From contig CAWCRS010000002.1 in the NCBI GenBank assembly GCA_963798085.1, positions 32,001 through 96,000 on the forward strand: DNA of 64,000 nt. The letters run 5' to 3'. Positions within the stretch are counted from its first letter, which is position 1. Each line of letters begins with the position of its first letter. The notes below the pieces were generated by a model, which was not told the origin of the DNA, searched no databases, and worked only from the letters and a program-made list of their open reading frames with translations. Below, piece by piece: positions 1 through 8,968 of this stretch. The stretch comes from an uncultured Gemmatimonadales bacterium (GTDB taxonomy: Bacteria; Gemmatimonadota; Gemmatimonadetes; Longimicrobiales; RSA9). The translations under genes and the position numbers were made by a program.

Positions 1-3000
1 AGCCGCTGGAAGAAGGCGCTCCGTTCGATGCGGTCGGGTGTGATGGCGCGCAGCGCGTTTTCCACGAAGCCCGGCAGGATGTCGATGTCGTGGCGCGCAA
101 TGTCGCGATGGTAGTCGATGCCGCCGCGGAAGGCGCCGCTCTCGTTGCGCGACGTGATCGTGTTCGTGTGCGCGGCGTCGTAACCCAGGCTGATGCTCGT
201 GCCATCCACCAGCAGGCCCAGCAGCGCGTTGGAGCTGGGCGTGCGTTTGCTGATGCGCATGCCGAAGCTGGTGGTGCCCGCGCCACTGTCGCGCAGTCCC
301 TGCAGGCCGCTGGCGGGCACGTCGCTGCGCTCGAGGAAGCTGGGATTGCGCACCGATGCGCTGTGCGTGACGCTGATGGGAATGTCCAGGCCCCAGCTGG
401 CCGGCAGCACGTGGTCCAGCTGCGCGCGTGTGCTCAGGCTCAGGTCGCCCGTACCCACGTAGCTCGCGTCCTGGCTGAGCGAGCGGAACACCGCGCTCTG
501 GCTGGAATAGCCCAGCGTCGCCGACAGTGCGTCACTCTGCAGATCGAGCGTCACGTTGCTGGCGCCGCCGGGGTCCTGCACCGCGTGGTCCAGGCGGATG
601 TCATCGATCCAGACTTCGCCTGTGACGGGTGCCCCGCCACCATTGTAGACAGCCAGCGAGAACTCGCGGATGGCGGCCAGGTTGGGCGCGCGCGCACGGT
701 CCTCCAGCACCAGCGCGTACGTGCTGTCCGCGCTCCACACCGTGTCCTGCGTGTTGGTGCTGAAGCTGCTGCGCGCCAGCTGTTCTTCCGCCTGCGCGCG
801 CAGGTCGAACCAGCGCTGGAAGTCGATGGTCAGCTCGGGCAGCCAGTCCGCCGTGTGCACCGCGCCGCCGCCCGCGCTGTGCGGCAGTCTTGCCATGTAC
901 AGGTAGTAGTTGCGCGGATCCGTGCCCACCTTGATAACAAGGCGTTCCGGTCCGGTGGGCCCCCACTGTCCCGCGTGCGCCACCGCCCAGACGCGCAGCT
1001 GGCGATACGTCATGAACGGGCGAGGCTGCTGGGGATAGCGGAAATAGACTTCGGCGCGGTCTTCGGGCTGCAGCGACGTGTAGCCGATGCGCAGCGACTT
1101 CTCGTTCACCTCGACGCCGCTGGCGCCGAACTGCGCGCTGGGATCCTGCAGCTGGTCGCTCACACCGGGCGGCGGCGCGTAGTCGGCGCCCACGGTCACC
1201 GCGCTCACCGGGCCCACCTGCACCTCGGTCAGTCCGCCCGACGGACTGTCCTGGTCGCTCAGCAACCCGCTCAGCACGCCGCTCACATTGCGCTTGATCC
1301 AGCGCGATCCCACTATGTTCATGCGTGCCATAACCATCTGTTTGCGGATGCCGCCGGGCGCGCCCACCACGGTCATGCGCAGGTGCTTGATGAAACGCCA
1401 GGTGCCATCGTTGGCCCCGTTGACGGCCGCACCGTCGCGCAGGCGGATACGGTAGAGGCGAAACCCCGTGCCGGTCTGCGCCGTGTCGCGCACCAGATAG
1501 GGGGATGCCGCCTGGTCCAGCCGCACGACGTAGCGGAAATACGGCCCGTCGTTCTCGTCCAGCACGCCGTTGCCGTCCAGGTCTTCGGTGTCGGCAACGC
1601 CGTTGCCGCGTGTGCAGTTCGAGCGCTCATCGCCCAGCGGGTAGGACTGCAGCGCCGCGACCTGGCAGGGCTGGTCCCACAGGCCTCGCCCGTCGGCGGC
1701 CGAGCCCCACACCTCGTGCTGCGAGATCCTCGCCTCCTCGTCCAGCACACCCAGGCCCCAGGGCCGGCCGTCCTCCCGGTAGGTGCCGGTCGTGTGACCG
1801 GCGGAATCCACGTAGAACCCGTCCTCGCCCACCGAGCCGAAGTCGAAGATCAGCGCCATGGGCTCGGCGCCGCCCTCGCTGACGTAGAACTCGAAGTACT
1901 CGTCGCGCGTCATGTCGCGGCCCGTCGTCGATAACACTGTTGTTATCGAGCGCCACACCGTCTGACCCGTTACGTTGTTGTGGTCGCCGAATGTGAGCCA
2001 CATGGCGGGCTCGGGCAGCTGGTTGCCGACGATATTGATCTGCCGGTCAATGTCGCGCTGCGGCACCAGGCTGCCCGCCACCCCGCTTTCGCTGCTGAAG
2101 TCGTGCTGCCACACGAGCCTCGCCGCGTTGGTTGCGTCGCGGGACGGAGGCAGAAGGCCGTCGTCGCCTGTGGTATTGTCCGGCCTCGAGCCCAGCTTCC
2201 ACTGCTGGCGCCGCACATCGATGCTGATCTGGTCCGTCCCTTCGAAGTCATCGAAGTAGGCCTGGCCGCGCCGGTTGGGATCCGGATCCGACGTGGCCAT
2301 TTCACCCGACAGCGTGAGACGCGCGGGTGTGTTGGAGCGCATGCCCGGCATCCTCGCCAGTGCGTGATCGAGCCAGGCACCGCCCAGGTCGAGGTCCGCG
2401 CTCACGCCGCCCAGGAAGATCGCGGCGGGCTCGGTGCCCAGCTGCGGCCGCGCATACAGCGTGCGCTGCGACTGGTAGAGTCCCACGAAGTGCAGCGCGC
2501 CGCGTTCGCCCAGCCGGTACGTGAGATTGGCCCCGTAAATGCTCGTGGGCGCGATCTGGAACAGCGAGCGCTGCTCCAGCTGCACGCGGATCTCGGCGTT
2601 GGGGTTCGCTGCGAACAGCGTTGTTGGATCGGTGAGCGTGACCTGGCCGATCTCGTAGTCGATGTTGTAGTCGACACCGCGCTCCAGCTTGCGGTCGCCG
2701 ATGCTGACGCGTTCGCTGCCTTCGCGGATGCCGAACTGTCCCAGGCTGAACGAGGAAGCCAGCCCCTCCACCTGCACGCGATAGGCGAGGTTGAGGCGGA
2801 AGCGGCCGCCGCCATCGCGCGCCACCGGATCCGTGTTCAGGTAGATCGTCTGATTGGCATCACTCCCGAGCAGCGCTTTCGCAGCCGTCGCCGTCAGCCC
2901 CGCACTGGGCACGGGCGGCGGTGTCAGGAACGGCTCCAGCGTGGGAAACACGATGTACGTGCCCGTGATCTTCGCCGAGCCCTGTGTGCCGGTCAGTGCG

Positions 3001-4589
3001 TCCGGCTGGAAGATCTGGGCGATGTCGAGCTTGTCCGTGGGCGCGTCTTCGTCGAGTCCGAACAGACGCAGAAACGTGACCTGTGTGCCGCCGTTATCGC
3101 GGAACGTGCTGCCGCCCACGATGTCGCCCAGCGAGATGCGCAGGTCGACGGTCGACAGGTCGACGCCGCTCGAGCTGTTCACGCGATAGACCTGGTGCAT
3201 CTCGAAGCGCCAGGTCGGTGAACCGGGCTGGTGTGTGGCCACCGGGCTGCGCAGCAGGCGCAGCGTCGGCGTCGTGCCGGGCGGCGACTGTTCGGCGTTG
3301 ATCGTACCCACCGTGTCGCCCGATTCCGTCACGTAGGAAATGGCAAGCGCTTCATCGGTGCGCAGCGGTGAGCGCAGCATGATCCAGAGACCGCTCTGGT
3401 GCACGATGTAATCCTGGTCCGGATCCAGCCGGCGGAACTGGCCGCTGTGCTTCAGCTGACCATCCTCGGAAACGGCGTTCGCCAGGAACAGGTTCACCTG
3501 CTGCTGTCCGCTGGCGGGCGGAATGCGCTCGTCGCGGTAGATCTGGATGATGCCGCCCTGTGCGGGGCGCAGGCGGGTGGGTGCATCACTGGCGCGCAGC
3601 TGCAGCGCATCGATGTGCGGAGAGCTGGCGAGGCTGTCGGGATTGACGAGGAAGAAGAACTGGCCCTTCACGTAATCCGCGTCGTCGATTACGATCTGGT
3701 CATCCTGCACCAGGCCCTGCTGCGCGCCGCCGCCCAGGCGGAATTCCTTCGTGCTGAGATCGCCGCGCTGCTGCGCGCCCACGAACTGGAAGTCGATGGG
3801 TCCCAGCTGGCCGCTGGCCATGAGACCGAAGTTGCCGGCGGGAATGCCCTGCGTGAGGTAGCGCGAGCGGGGCAGTGCGAACTGCACGTCGCCCACTTCC
3901 ACGCGCTGCAGCACCTCATCCGGCATGCCCTGATAGAACACGTTGATCAGGTTGGAATTGAACGTCTCTTCGCGCGTCTGGTCGTAGTCCACATTGAGAT
4001 GCACGCGATCCGAGATGGTGCCGCCGACCTGCACACTGAACTGCACGTTGGGTTTGATCTGCGGAAAGAGTCCGGGATTGCAGTTGAGGTGCAGGCTCGG
4101 ATCACAGGGATGGAAGCGAGTCCAGGAGCCGCCCATCTCGCCCACGCCGCTGATCTTCATGCCAATGTCGGCGTAGCGGCCGAGCGCGCCCGGCAGCAGG
4201 TCCTTCGTCGTGTCGCGGCGCACGGGCGGTGGCGGCAGGAACTCCGCTGGCTGCGGCGCCACAGCGGCTTCGGCGATCAGTGTATCCGGTGTTCGTCCCG
4301 CGGCCAGACCGAGCCAGCCGACGGGATCGAAGCGCACGTTCGTCGCCCAGTCGCGGACATAGTCGTGGAAGCTCATGCGACTGAACAGCACGGTGTCCAG
4401 CTGGGGCAGGCGGAAATCGATGGGAACGACCGCAGGCAACCGCGCGAGGCCCAGCTGGATCGGCCGGGCCTTCGTGGTATCGCGTGCAAATGCGGGCGGA
4501 CGCGTCGCGCCCCCCGCTCCCGTGACCTGCGCGGCCGCCGTAGTCGTACGTGCGAGCAGCAGCAGAAAGAACAGCCAGAAATGCTTCAT
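1..4589 (-). CDS. sprA: Cell surface protein SprA-like large outer-membrane protein (T9SS translocon homolog), partial, runs off the window start (>1500 aa)
   Basis: Minus-strand translation from ATG 4589 gives signal peptide MKHFWLFFLLLLARTTTAAAQ and an SprA-like segment GTISDRVHLNVDYDQTREETFNSNLINVFYQGMPDEVLQRVEVGDVQFALPRSRYLTQGIPAGNFG. The same frame is open at position 3. It is missing from the ORF track because it has no stop in the window; the long + strand ORFs are its antisense shadows. Confidence 0.8.
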   Translation of the reverse strand, partial: MKHFWLFFLLLLARTTTAAAQVTGAGGATRPPAFARDTTKARPIQLGLARLPAVVPIDFRLPQLDTVLFSRMSFHDYVRDWATNVRFDPVGWLGLAAGRTPDTLIAEAAVAPQPAEFLPPPPVRRDTTKDLLPGALGRYADIGMKISGVGEMGGSWTRFHPCDPSLHLNCNPGLFPQIKPNVQFSVQVGGTISDRVHLNVDYDQTREETFNSNLINVFYQGMPDEVLQRVEVGDVQFALPRSRYLTQGIPAGNFGLMASGQLGPIDFQFVGAQQRGDLSTKEFRLGGGAQQGLVQDDQIVIDDADYVKGQFFFLVNPDSLASSPHIDALQLRASDAPTRLRPAQGGIIQIYRDERIPPASGQQQVNLFLANAVSEDGQLKHSGQFRRLDPDQDYIVHQSGLWIMLRSPLRTDEALAISYVTESGDTVGTINAEQSPPGTTPTLRLLRSPVATHQPGSPTWRFEMHQVYRVNSSSGVDLSTVDLRISLGDIVGGSTFRDNGGTQVTFLRLFGLDEDAPTDKLDIAQIFQPDALTGTQGSAKITGTYIVFPTLEPFLTPPPVPSAGLTATAAKALLGSDANQTIYLNTDPVARDGGGRFRLNLAYRVQVEGLASSFSLGQFGIREGSERVSIGDRKLERGVDYNIDYEIGQVTLTDPTTLFAANPNAEIRVQLEQRSLFQIAPTSIYGANLTYRLGERGALHFVGLYQSQRTLYARPQLGTEPAAIFLGGVSADLDLGGAWLDHALARMPGMRSNTPARLTLSGEMATSDPDPNRRGQAYFDDFEGTDQISIDVRRQQWKLGSRPDNTTGDDGLLPPSRDATNAARLVWQHDFSSESGVAGSLVPQRDIDRQINIVGNQLPEPAMWLTFGDHNNVTGQTVWRSITTVLSTTGRDMTRDEYFEFYVSEGGAEPMALIFDFGSVGEDGFYVDSAGHTTGTYREDGRPWGLGVLDEEARISQHEVWGSAADGRGLWDQPCQVAALQSYPLGDERSNCTRGNGVADTEDLDGNGVLDENDGPYFRYVVRLDQAASPYLVRDTAQTGTGFRLYRIRLRDGAAVNGANDGTWRFIKHLRMTVVGAPGGIRKQMVMARMNIVGSRWIKRNVSGVLSGLLSDQDSPSGGLTEVQVGPVSAVTVGADYAPPPGVSDQLQDPSAQFGASGVEVNEKSLRIGYTSLQPEDRAEVYFRYPQQPRPFMTYRQLRVWAVAHAGQWGPTGPERLVIKVGTDPRNYYLYMARLPHSAGGGAVHTADWLPELTIDFQRWFDLRAQAEEQLARSSFSTNTQDTVWSADSTYALVLEDRARAPNLAAIREFSLAVYNGGGAPVTGEVWIDDIRLDHAVQDPGGASNVTLDLQSDALSATLGYSSQSAVFRSLSQDASYVGTGDLSLSTRAQLDHVLPASWGLDIPISVTHSASVRNPSFLERSDVPASGLQGLRDSGAGTTSFGMRISKRTPSSNALLGLLVDGTSISLGYDAAHTNTITSRNESGAFRGGIDYHRDIARHDIDILPGFVENALRAITPDRIERSAFFQR

Positions 4590-4824
4590 GCGGCGGAACC
4601 GCGCCGTACCGGAGCCGCACGGAGACCTCGGATTCAGTCTCCTTCCCACGCCGGCCGCGCGGACTGGTGACAGCGTGAAGGGCCGAATATAGTCTGCGTT
4701 CGCAATGTCCTCAACGCGCTCCGAGGCGTCCGCCTCTGCCCCGGCCACGGCCAGCGGACCCCGGCGACCGCCTCCGGCGTAGCACACGCGTCCGATCGGT
4801 CCTCCGGGGTTCAACGTCGAAGCC

Positions 4825-6297
4825 ATGCGAATACTGACGCGCTATCTGCTGCGGACGCATTTTCCGCCGTTCCTGTTCGCGCTGACCGTGCTCACCGGTC
4901 TGCTCTTCGTGAACACGATCGCGCGTCGTTTCGCCGATCTCGCCGGCAAGGGTCTGGGCGCTCACATCATTCTCGAGGTGTTCGGCCTCTCGCTGCCGCA
5001 CATTGTCGCGCTCACGCTGCCCATGGCGGTGCTCGTCGCGGTGCTCTACGCCTTCAGCCAGCTCACCGCGGACAACGAAATCACCGCGCTCAAGGCCAGC
5101 GGCACGAACCTGCTGCGCGTGCTCCTCCCGCTGCTCGGCGCCGCCATCCTGCTGGCACTCATCATGGTGTGGTTCAACGATCGCATTCTGCCCGAGACGA
5201 ATCACCGGCTGAAGAATCTGATGTCGGACATCGGACGCAAGAGCCCGACGCTCACACTGAAGGAGCAGGTGATCAACCCCATCCGCCCGCAGCAGGACCT
5301 GCGCGCACAATATTTCCTGCAGGCGGCGCACATCCACCAGGCCACGAATCGCCTGACGGACGTGACCATCTACGATATGAGTCTGCCGCAGAAGGTGCGC
5401 ACCATCTACGCGGACAGCGGGCGCATGGCCTGGAACCCCAGCCAGACCAACCTCATGCTGACGCTGTACGACGGCTGGGTCTACGAAGTCAGCACAGTCG
5501 AGCCGAACAAGTTCTCGCGCGTGCGTTTCGGCGAGCATCTGCAGGTCATGAAGGGCGTGGGCAGCGAGCTGACGCGTGTCAACGAGTCGTACCGCAGCGA
5601 TCGCGAGATGTCGCTCGAGATGATGGCCGCGCGCATGGACAGCTCGCGCTCCGAGATCGACTCATTGACGGCCGAAGCGCTCAAGAAGAACACCTTCGCC
5701 GTGCGCCAGGCGCTGGCCGGTCCGCGGGACCTCAGCCCGCTGGATCCCACACCCGTACTGCCGCCCAGTGCGGGCGGCATTCGCTACGCCGAGCTGGGCC
5801 CCGCCACGCAGCATCCCGGCGTCTGGGATGCGGAGGACCATCTCGTCCGCCGTACATCGCTCGAATTGCAGGTGCTGCGCAACCAGATCCAGGCGAGACA
5901 GCTCGAGATCAACCGGCTGACCGTGGAATACCACAAGAAATTCGCCATCCCTGCCGCGTGCATTGTGTTCGTGCTCGTGGGCGCACCCATCGCCGTGCGC
6001 TTCCCGCGCGGCGGCGCCGGCATGGTCATCGCCATCTCGCTGTTCGTCTTCGCCATCTACTACATGTCGCTGATCGGCGGCGAATCGCTCGGCGACCGCG
6101 GCCTGGTATTGCCCTGGTCCGGCCCCTGGGCGCCCAACATCGTGTTTACCGCCCTCGCCGTCTGGGGCCTGGCCCGCATCGGCCGCGAGACCAGCTCCGC
6201 CCGCGGCGGCGGCTGGGACGACCTCTGGCTCTCCATCCGAACCTTCTTCACCAGACCCTTCCGGCACCGTGCCGCCGTCCCGGCTGCGGGAGACTAG
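4825..6297 (+). CDS. lptF: LptF/LptG family LPS export permease
   Basis: MRILTRYLLR start, TM helices, LTADNEITALKASG motif, EYHKKFAIPAAC, WAPNIVF; paired with the downstream paralog. Confidence 0.88.
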   Translation: MRILTRYLLRTHFPPFLFALTVLTGLLFVNTIARRFADLAGKGLGAHIILEVFGLSLPHIVALTLPMAVLVAVLYAFSQLTADNEITALKASGTNLLRVLLPLLGAAILLALIMVWFNDRILPETNHRLKNLMSDIGRKSPTLTLKEQVINPIRPQQDLRAQYFLQAAHIHQATNRLTDVTIYDMSLPQKVRTIYADSGRMAWNPSQTNLMLTLYDGWVYEVSTVEPNKFSRVRFGEHLQVMKGVGSELTRVNESYRSDREMSLEMMAARMDSSRSEIDSLTAEALKKNTFAVRQALAGPRDLSPLDPTPVLPPSAGGIRYAELGPATQHPGVWDAEDHLVRRTSLELQVLRNQIQARQLEINRLTVEYHKKFAIPAACIVFVLVGAPIAVRFPRGGAGMVIAISLFVFAIYYMSLIGGESLGDRGLVLPWSGPWAPNIVFTALAVWGLARIGRETSSARGGGWDDLWLSIRTFFTRPFRHRAAVPAAGD

Positions 6298-6311
6298 AAC
6301 GGAACATGAGA

Positions 6312-6650
6312 TGCGTTGCTGAGGCTGGTTGCTCGGGCTGGTTGCCTGGGATCAGATTCGAGGACGGCCGAAACAGCGTTGCTGTTTGCTGGTTCAATTA
6401 CCGGGAAACGGATTCGAGGATGACTGCAACTCGCGTAAGGAAGCGTCCCTGACAGCGTGTTCGATGAAGCCATGCGCATGAATGGACTCGAGGCGCCGGC
6501 AAACCCATTTCAGGCGACGCTTCCCGGTCCGCGCCCTCTTCGCAACGCGGTCCGCTCGCTCCGTCGCGCGCCCTGCTACAGCACTGCCGTTTCCGCATTT
6601 CGTGCATCCGTTCCCCAGCAACCAGCCCCGGCAACCAGCCCCACCAACGC
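6312..6650. repeat. Inverted-repeat element, family A (G-rich arms ~6312-6351 and degenerate ~6376-6410; C-rich arm 6609-6650)
   Basis: TGCGTTGCTGAGGCTGGTTGCTCGGGCTGGTTGCCTGGGA is complementary to TTCCCCAGCAACCAGCCCCGGCAACCAGCCCCACCAACGC; the same arms recur at 10960, 13125 and 30268. Confidence 0.85.
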
Positions 6651-6662
6651 CGTCAAAACCCA

Positions 6663-7736
6663 ATGATCCGCATCCTCGATCGCTACGTGACCCGCGAGTT
6701 CCTGCGGCTCTTCATCCTGTTCTCGCTGGCCGCGCCACTGCTGTTCGTATTGGGCGACTGGACCGACAACATCGACACCTATACCGAGCGGCAGCTGGCC
6801 ACCAGCCGTGTGCTGCTCGGCTATGCCTACAAGCTGCCGCAGTTCATCCTGTTCTCGCTGCCCATTGCTTCGCTGATCGCCACCGTGTTCACGGTCAGCG
6901 CCATGACGCGGCATTCGGAAATGTCCGCCGCCAAGGCGGGTGGCATCAGCTTCTACCGCGCGACGTTCATGCTGCCCGTGATGGGTGTGCTGGTCACGCT
7001 GGCCGGACTGGCGCTCGCCGAGCTGGTTCCCATCACCCTGGTGCGCGCCGCCGAGCTGTTCGGCGAACGCACGGGCTACATGGGCTCGCGCAGTGATTTC
7101 GTCTATCGCGCCGCGGATGGCGCCGTGTACGGCATCCGGCGCCTGGACCTCGACTCCAGGCGCATCGACCAGCTGACCATCGACCTCGAGGGCAACGGCA
7201 CGACCACGCCCACGTTCAGCGAGTATGCCCGCCAGGCGGCCTGGGACTCCATCAATGGCTGGACCCTGACCGACGGTTACCTGCGCATCCTCTGGCCCGG
7301 CCAGCCGGAACGCGCCGTGCGTTTCGAGCGCATGCGCCCGATTCGCCTGCACGAACGGCCCGAGGAACTGCTCGCCGAACCCAAGGAGCCGGACGAGATG
7401 CGCTACGCCGAGCTGGGACGCTTCATCGGTGCACTGCGCCGTTCCGGCGGCAAGCCTTTCAAGCTCATGTTCAGCCAGGCCGAACGCATCGCCATCCCTG
7501 TCGCCACGCTCATCATCATCCTGTTCGGCACACCGCTCGCCAACTCCACCTCGCGCGGCGGCCCCGCCTACGGCATCGGCATCTCACTGGGCATCACCAT
7601 CGTGTACCTGATGCTGTTCAACATGCTCAAGGCGGTAGCCGAAGCCGGCACCATCGACCCCCTCCTCGCCGCCTGGATTCCCAACATGCTGTTCGCCGTC
7701 GCCGCCGCATTCTTCACCGTGCGTGTCCGCACCTGA
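6663..7736 (+). CDS. lptG: LptF/LptG family LPS export permease
   Basis: MIRILDRYVTREF start, MTRHSEMSAAKAGGIS motif, AAWIPNMLF C-terminus; follows lptF. Confidence 0.88.
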   Translation: MIRILDRYVTREFLRLFILFSLAAPLLFVLGDWTDNIDTYTERQLATSRVLLGYAYKLPQFILFSLPIASLIATVFTVSAMTRHSEMSAAKAGGISFYRATFMLPVMGVLVTLAGLALAELVPITLVRAAELFGERTGYMGSRSDFVYRAADGAVYGIRRLDLDSRRIDQLTIDLEGNGTTTPTFSEYARQAAWDSINGWTLTDGYLRILWPGQPERAVRFERMRPIRLHERPEELLAEPKEPDEMRYAELGRFIGALRRSGGKPFKLMFSQAERIAIPVATLIIILFGTPLANSTSRGGPAYGIGISLGITIVYLMLFNMLKAVAEAGTIDPLLAAWIPNMLFAVAAAFFTVRVRT

Positions 7737-7739
7737 CTC

Positions 7740-8112
7740 TTCACCGCGGAGGGCGCGGAGGTTGTGGCCTTCCTCCGAGAGACCGCGCTCCGCGCGTGTT
7801 AGTCATCACATCGGCTTGCCAGTCCAGTGGTTCCGTGACATCTGCTCCCGTCCTCGTGCGGGGCGCTCCTGTTTTGAGTCTTCACAGAATACATCGCTCA
7901 GAGAATCAGATCTCACGCAAATGCCGCAGCGGCTGTTGAACGGCGGTGCAGGATCTGATTTCATGGATGAGCAGATTCGGATGAGCAGATTCGTCGGTGG
8001 AATCGCCGTGTGTGATCCTTCTTGCGCAGCGACCTCGCCGGAAAGCGACGGAACACCAGACTGGACTCAGATCCGCAGATCACTCCGCGCCCTTCGCGCC
8101 TTCCGCGGTGAG
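7740..8112. repeat. Inverted-repeat-bounded intergenic element, family B
   Basis: TCACCGCGGAGGGCGCGGAGG at ~7741 and its near complement CTCCGCGCCCTTCGCGCCTTCCGCGGTGAG at 8083-8112; internal 14-nt tandem duplication GGATGAGCAGATTC at 7965-7992. Confidence 0.65.
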
Positions 8113-8946
8113 TGTCAAGCCAGTGAGCCGGGCCTGGAAGAGGATGCGGGCGGGGCCGCGCAGGCGGATGCTGTAGCCCTCGCTCACATCGATGTCGGCG
8201 GCGCCGCCGGGCATGCGCACTTCCACGCGGCCGGGCCGGAGCAGGCCCTGGCGCACCGCCGCGGCGGCGGCCGCGCACGCGCTCGAGCCCGAAGCCAGCG
8301 TCTCCCCCACGCCGCGTTCCCAGATCCACATCTCCAGGGCGCCCTCATCGGCTACCCTGGCAAACTGCACGTTAGTGCCGCGTGTGAAGACCGGGTGCGT
8401 GCACAGCCGCGGCGCGCGCGCCAGGAAGTCGGCGCGCTCCAGGGCATCCACGAATACCACGCAGTGCGGATTGCCCATGGACACGGTGGTGACGGTGGCA
8501 CTGCCACCGCCGGCCAGCGGCAGCGTCCGGCTCACGACTTCACCGGGCGCATCCCAGCCGACATCTACGGCCCGGAAGGAAGCGCGGCCCATCTCGACAC
8601 GCACATCGAGCGAGCCGTCGGGCCGCTCACCCTCGACACGCATGCGCACGCTGTCGCGCGAGAGGCGCACCGTGAACCATTCATTGCGCACCAGACCGAG
8701 GCCGTGCAGGAATGCCGCAAGGATGCGCAGGCCGTTGCCGCTCTTCTCGGCTTCGCTGCCGTCCGGGTTCAGGATGCGCAGTGCAAAGCCGCGGCGCATG
8801 TCGGCAATCAGCACGCCATCCGCGCCCACGCCGTTGTGCCGGTCGCAGAGCGCGGCGCAGCGGGCGCGCGTGAGGGGCGCGGTCAGCGTGGCGGCGTCCA
8901 CCACGAGGTAGTCGTTGCCCAGCGCAACACCCTTGTGGACCACCAT
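8080..8946 (-). CDS. dapF: Diaminopimelate epimerase family protein (Ser/Ser active-site variant); possible alternative TTG start at 8976
   Basis: HKGVALGNDY, DRHNGVGADG, NPDGSEAEKSGNG, VSMGNPHCV, WERGVGETLASGSSACA motifs. Confidence 0.85.
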   Translation of the reverse strand: MVVHKGVALGNDYLVVDAATLTAPLTRARCAALCDRHNGVGADGVLIADMRRGFALRILNPDGSEAEKSGNGLRILAAFLHGLGLVRNEWFTVRLSRDSVRMRVEGERPDGSLDVRVEMGRASFRAVDVGWDAPGEVVSRTLPLAGGGSATVTTVSMGNPHCVVFVDALERADFLARAPRLCTHPVFTRGTNVQFARVADEGALEMWIWERGVGETLASGSSACAAAAAAVRQGLLRPGRVEVRMPGGAADIDVSEGYSIRLRGPARILFQARLTGLTLTAEGAKGAE

Positions 8947-8968
8947 GCCGGCGTCGGCGCTGGTCAGT

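Noticed and set aside
90..4670. Long + strand ORFs (614, 413 and 423 aa)
   Set aside because: All lie codon-aligned antisense to the sprA-like gene; these are typical high-GC shadow ORFs with no motifs.
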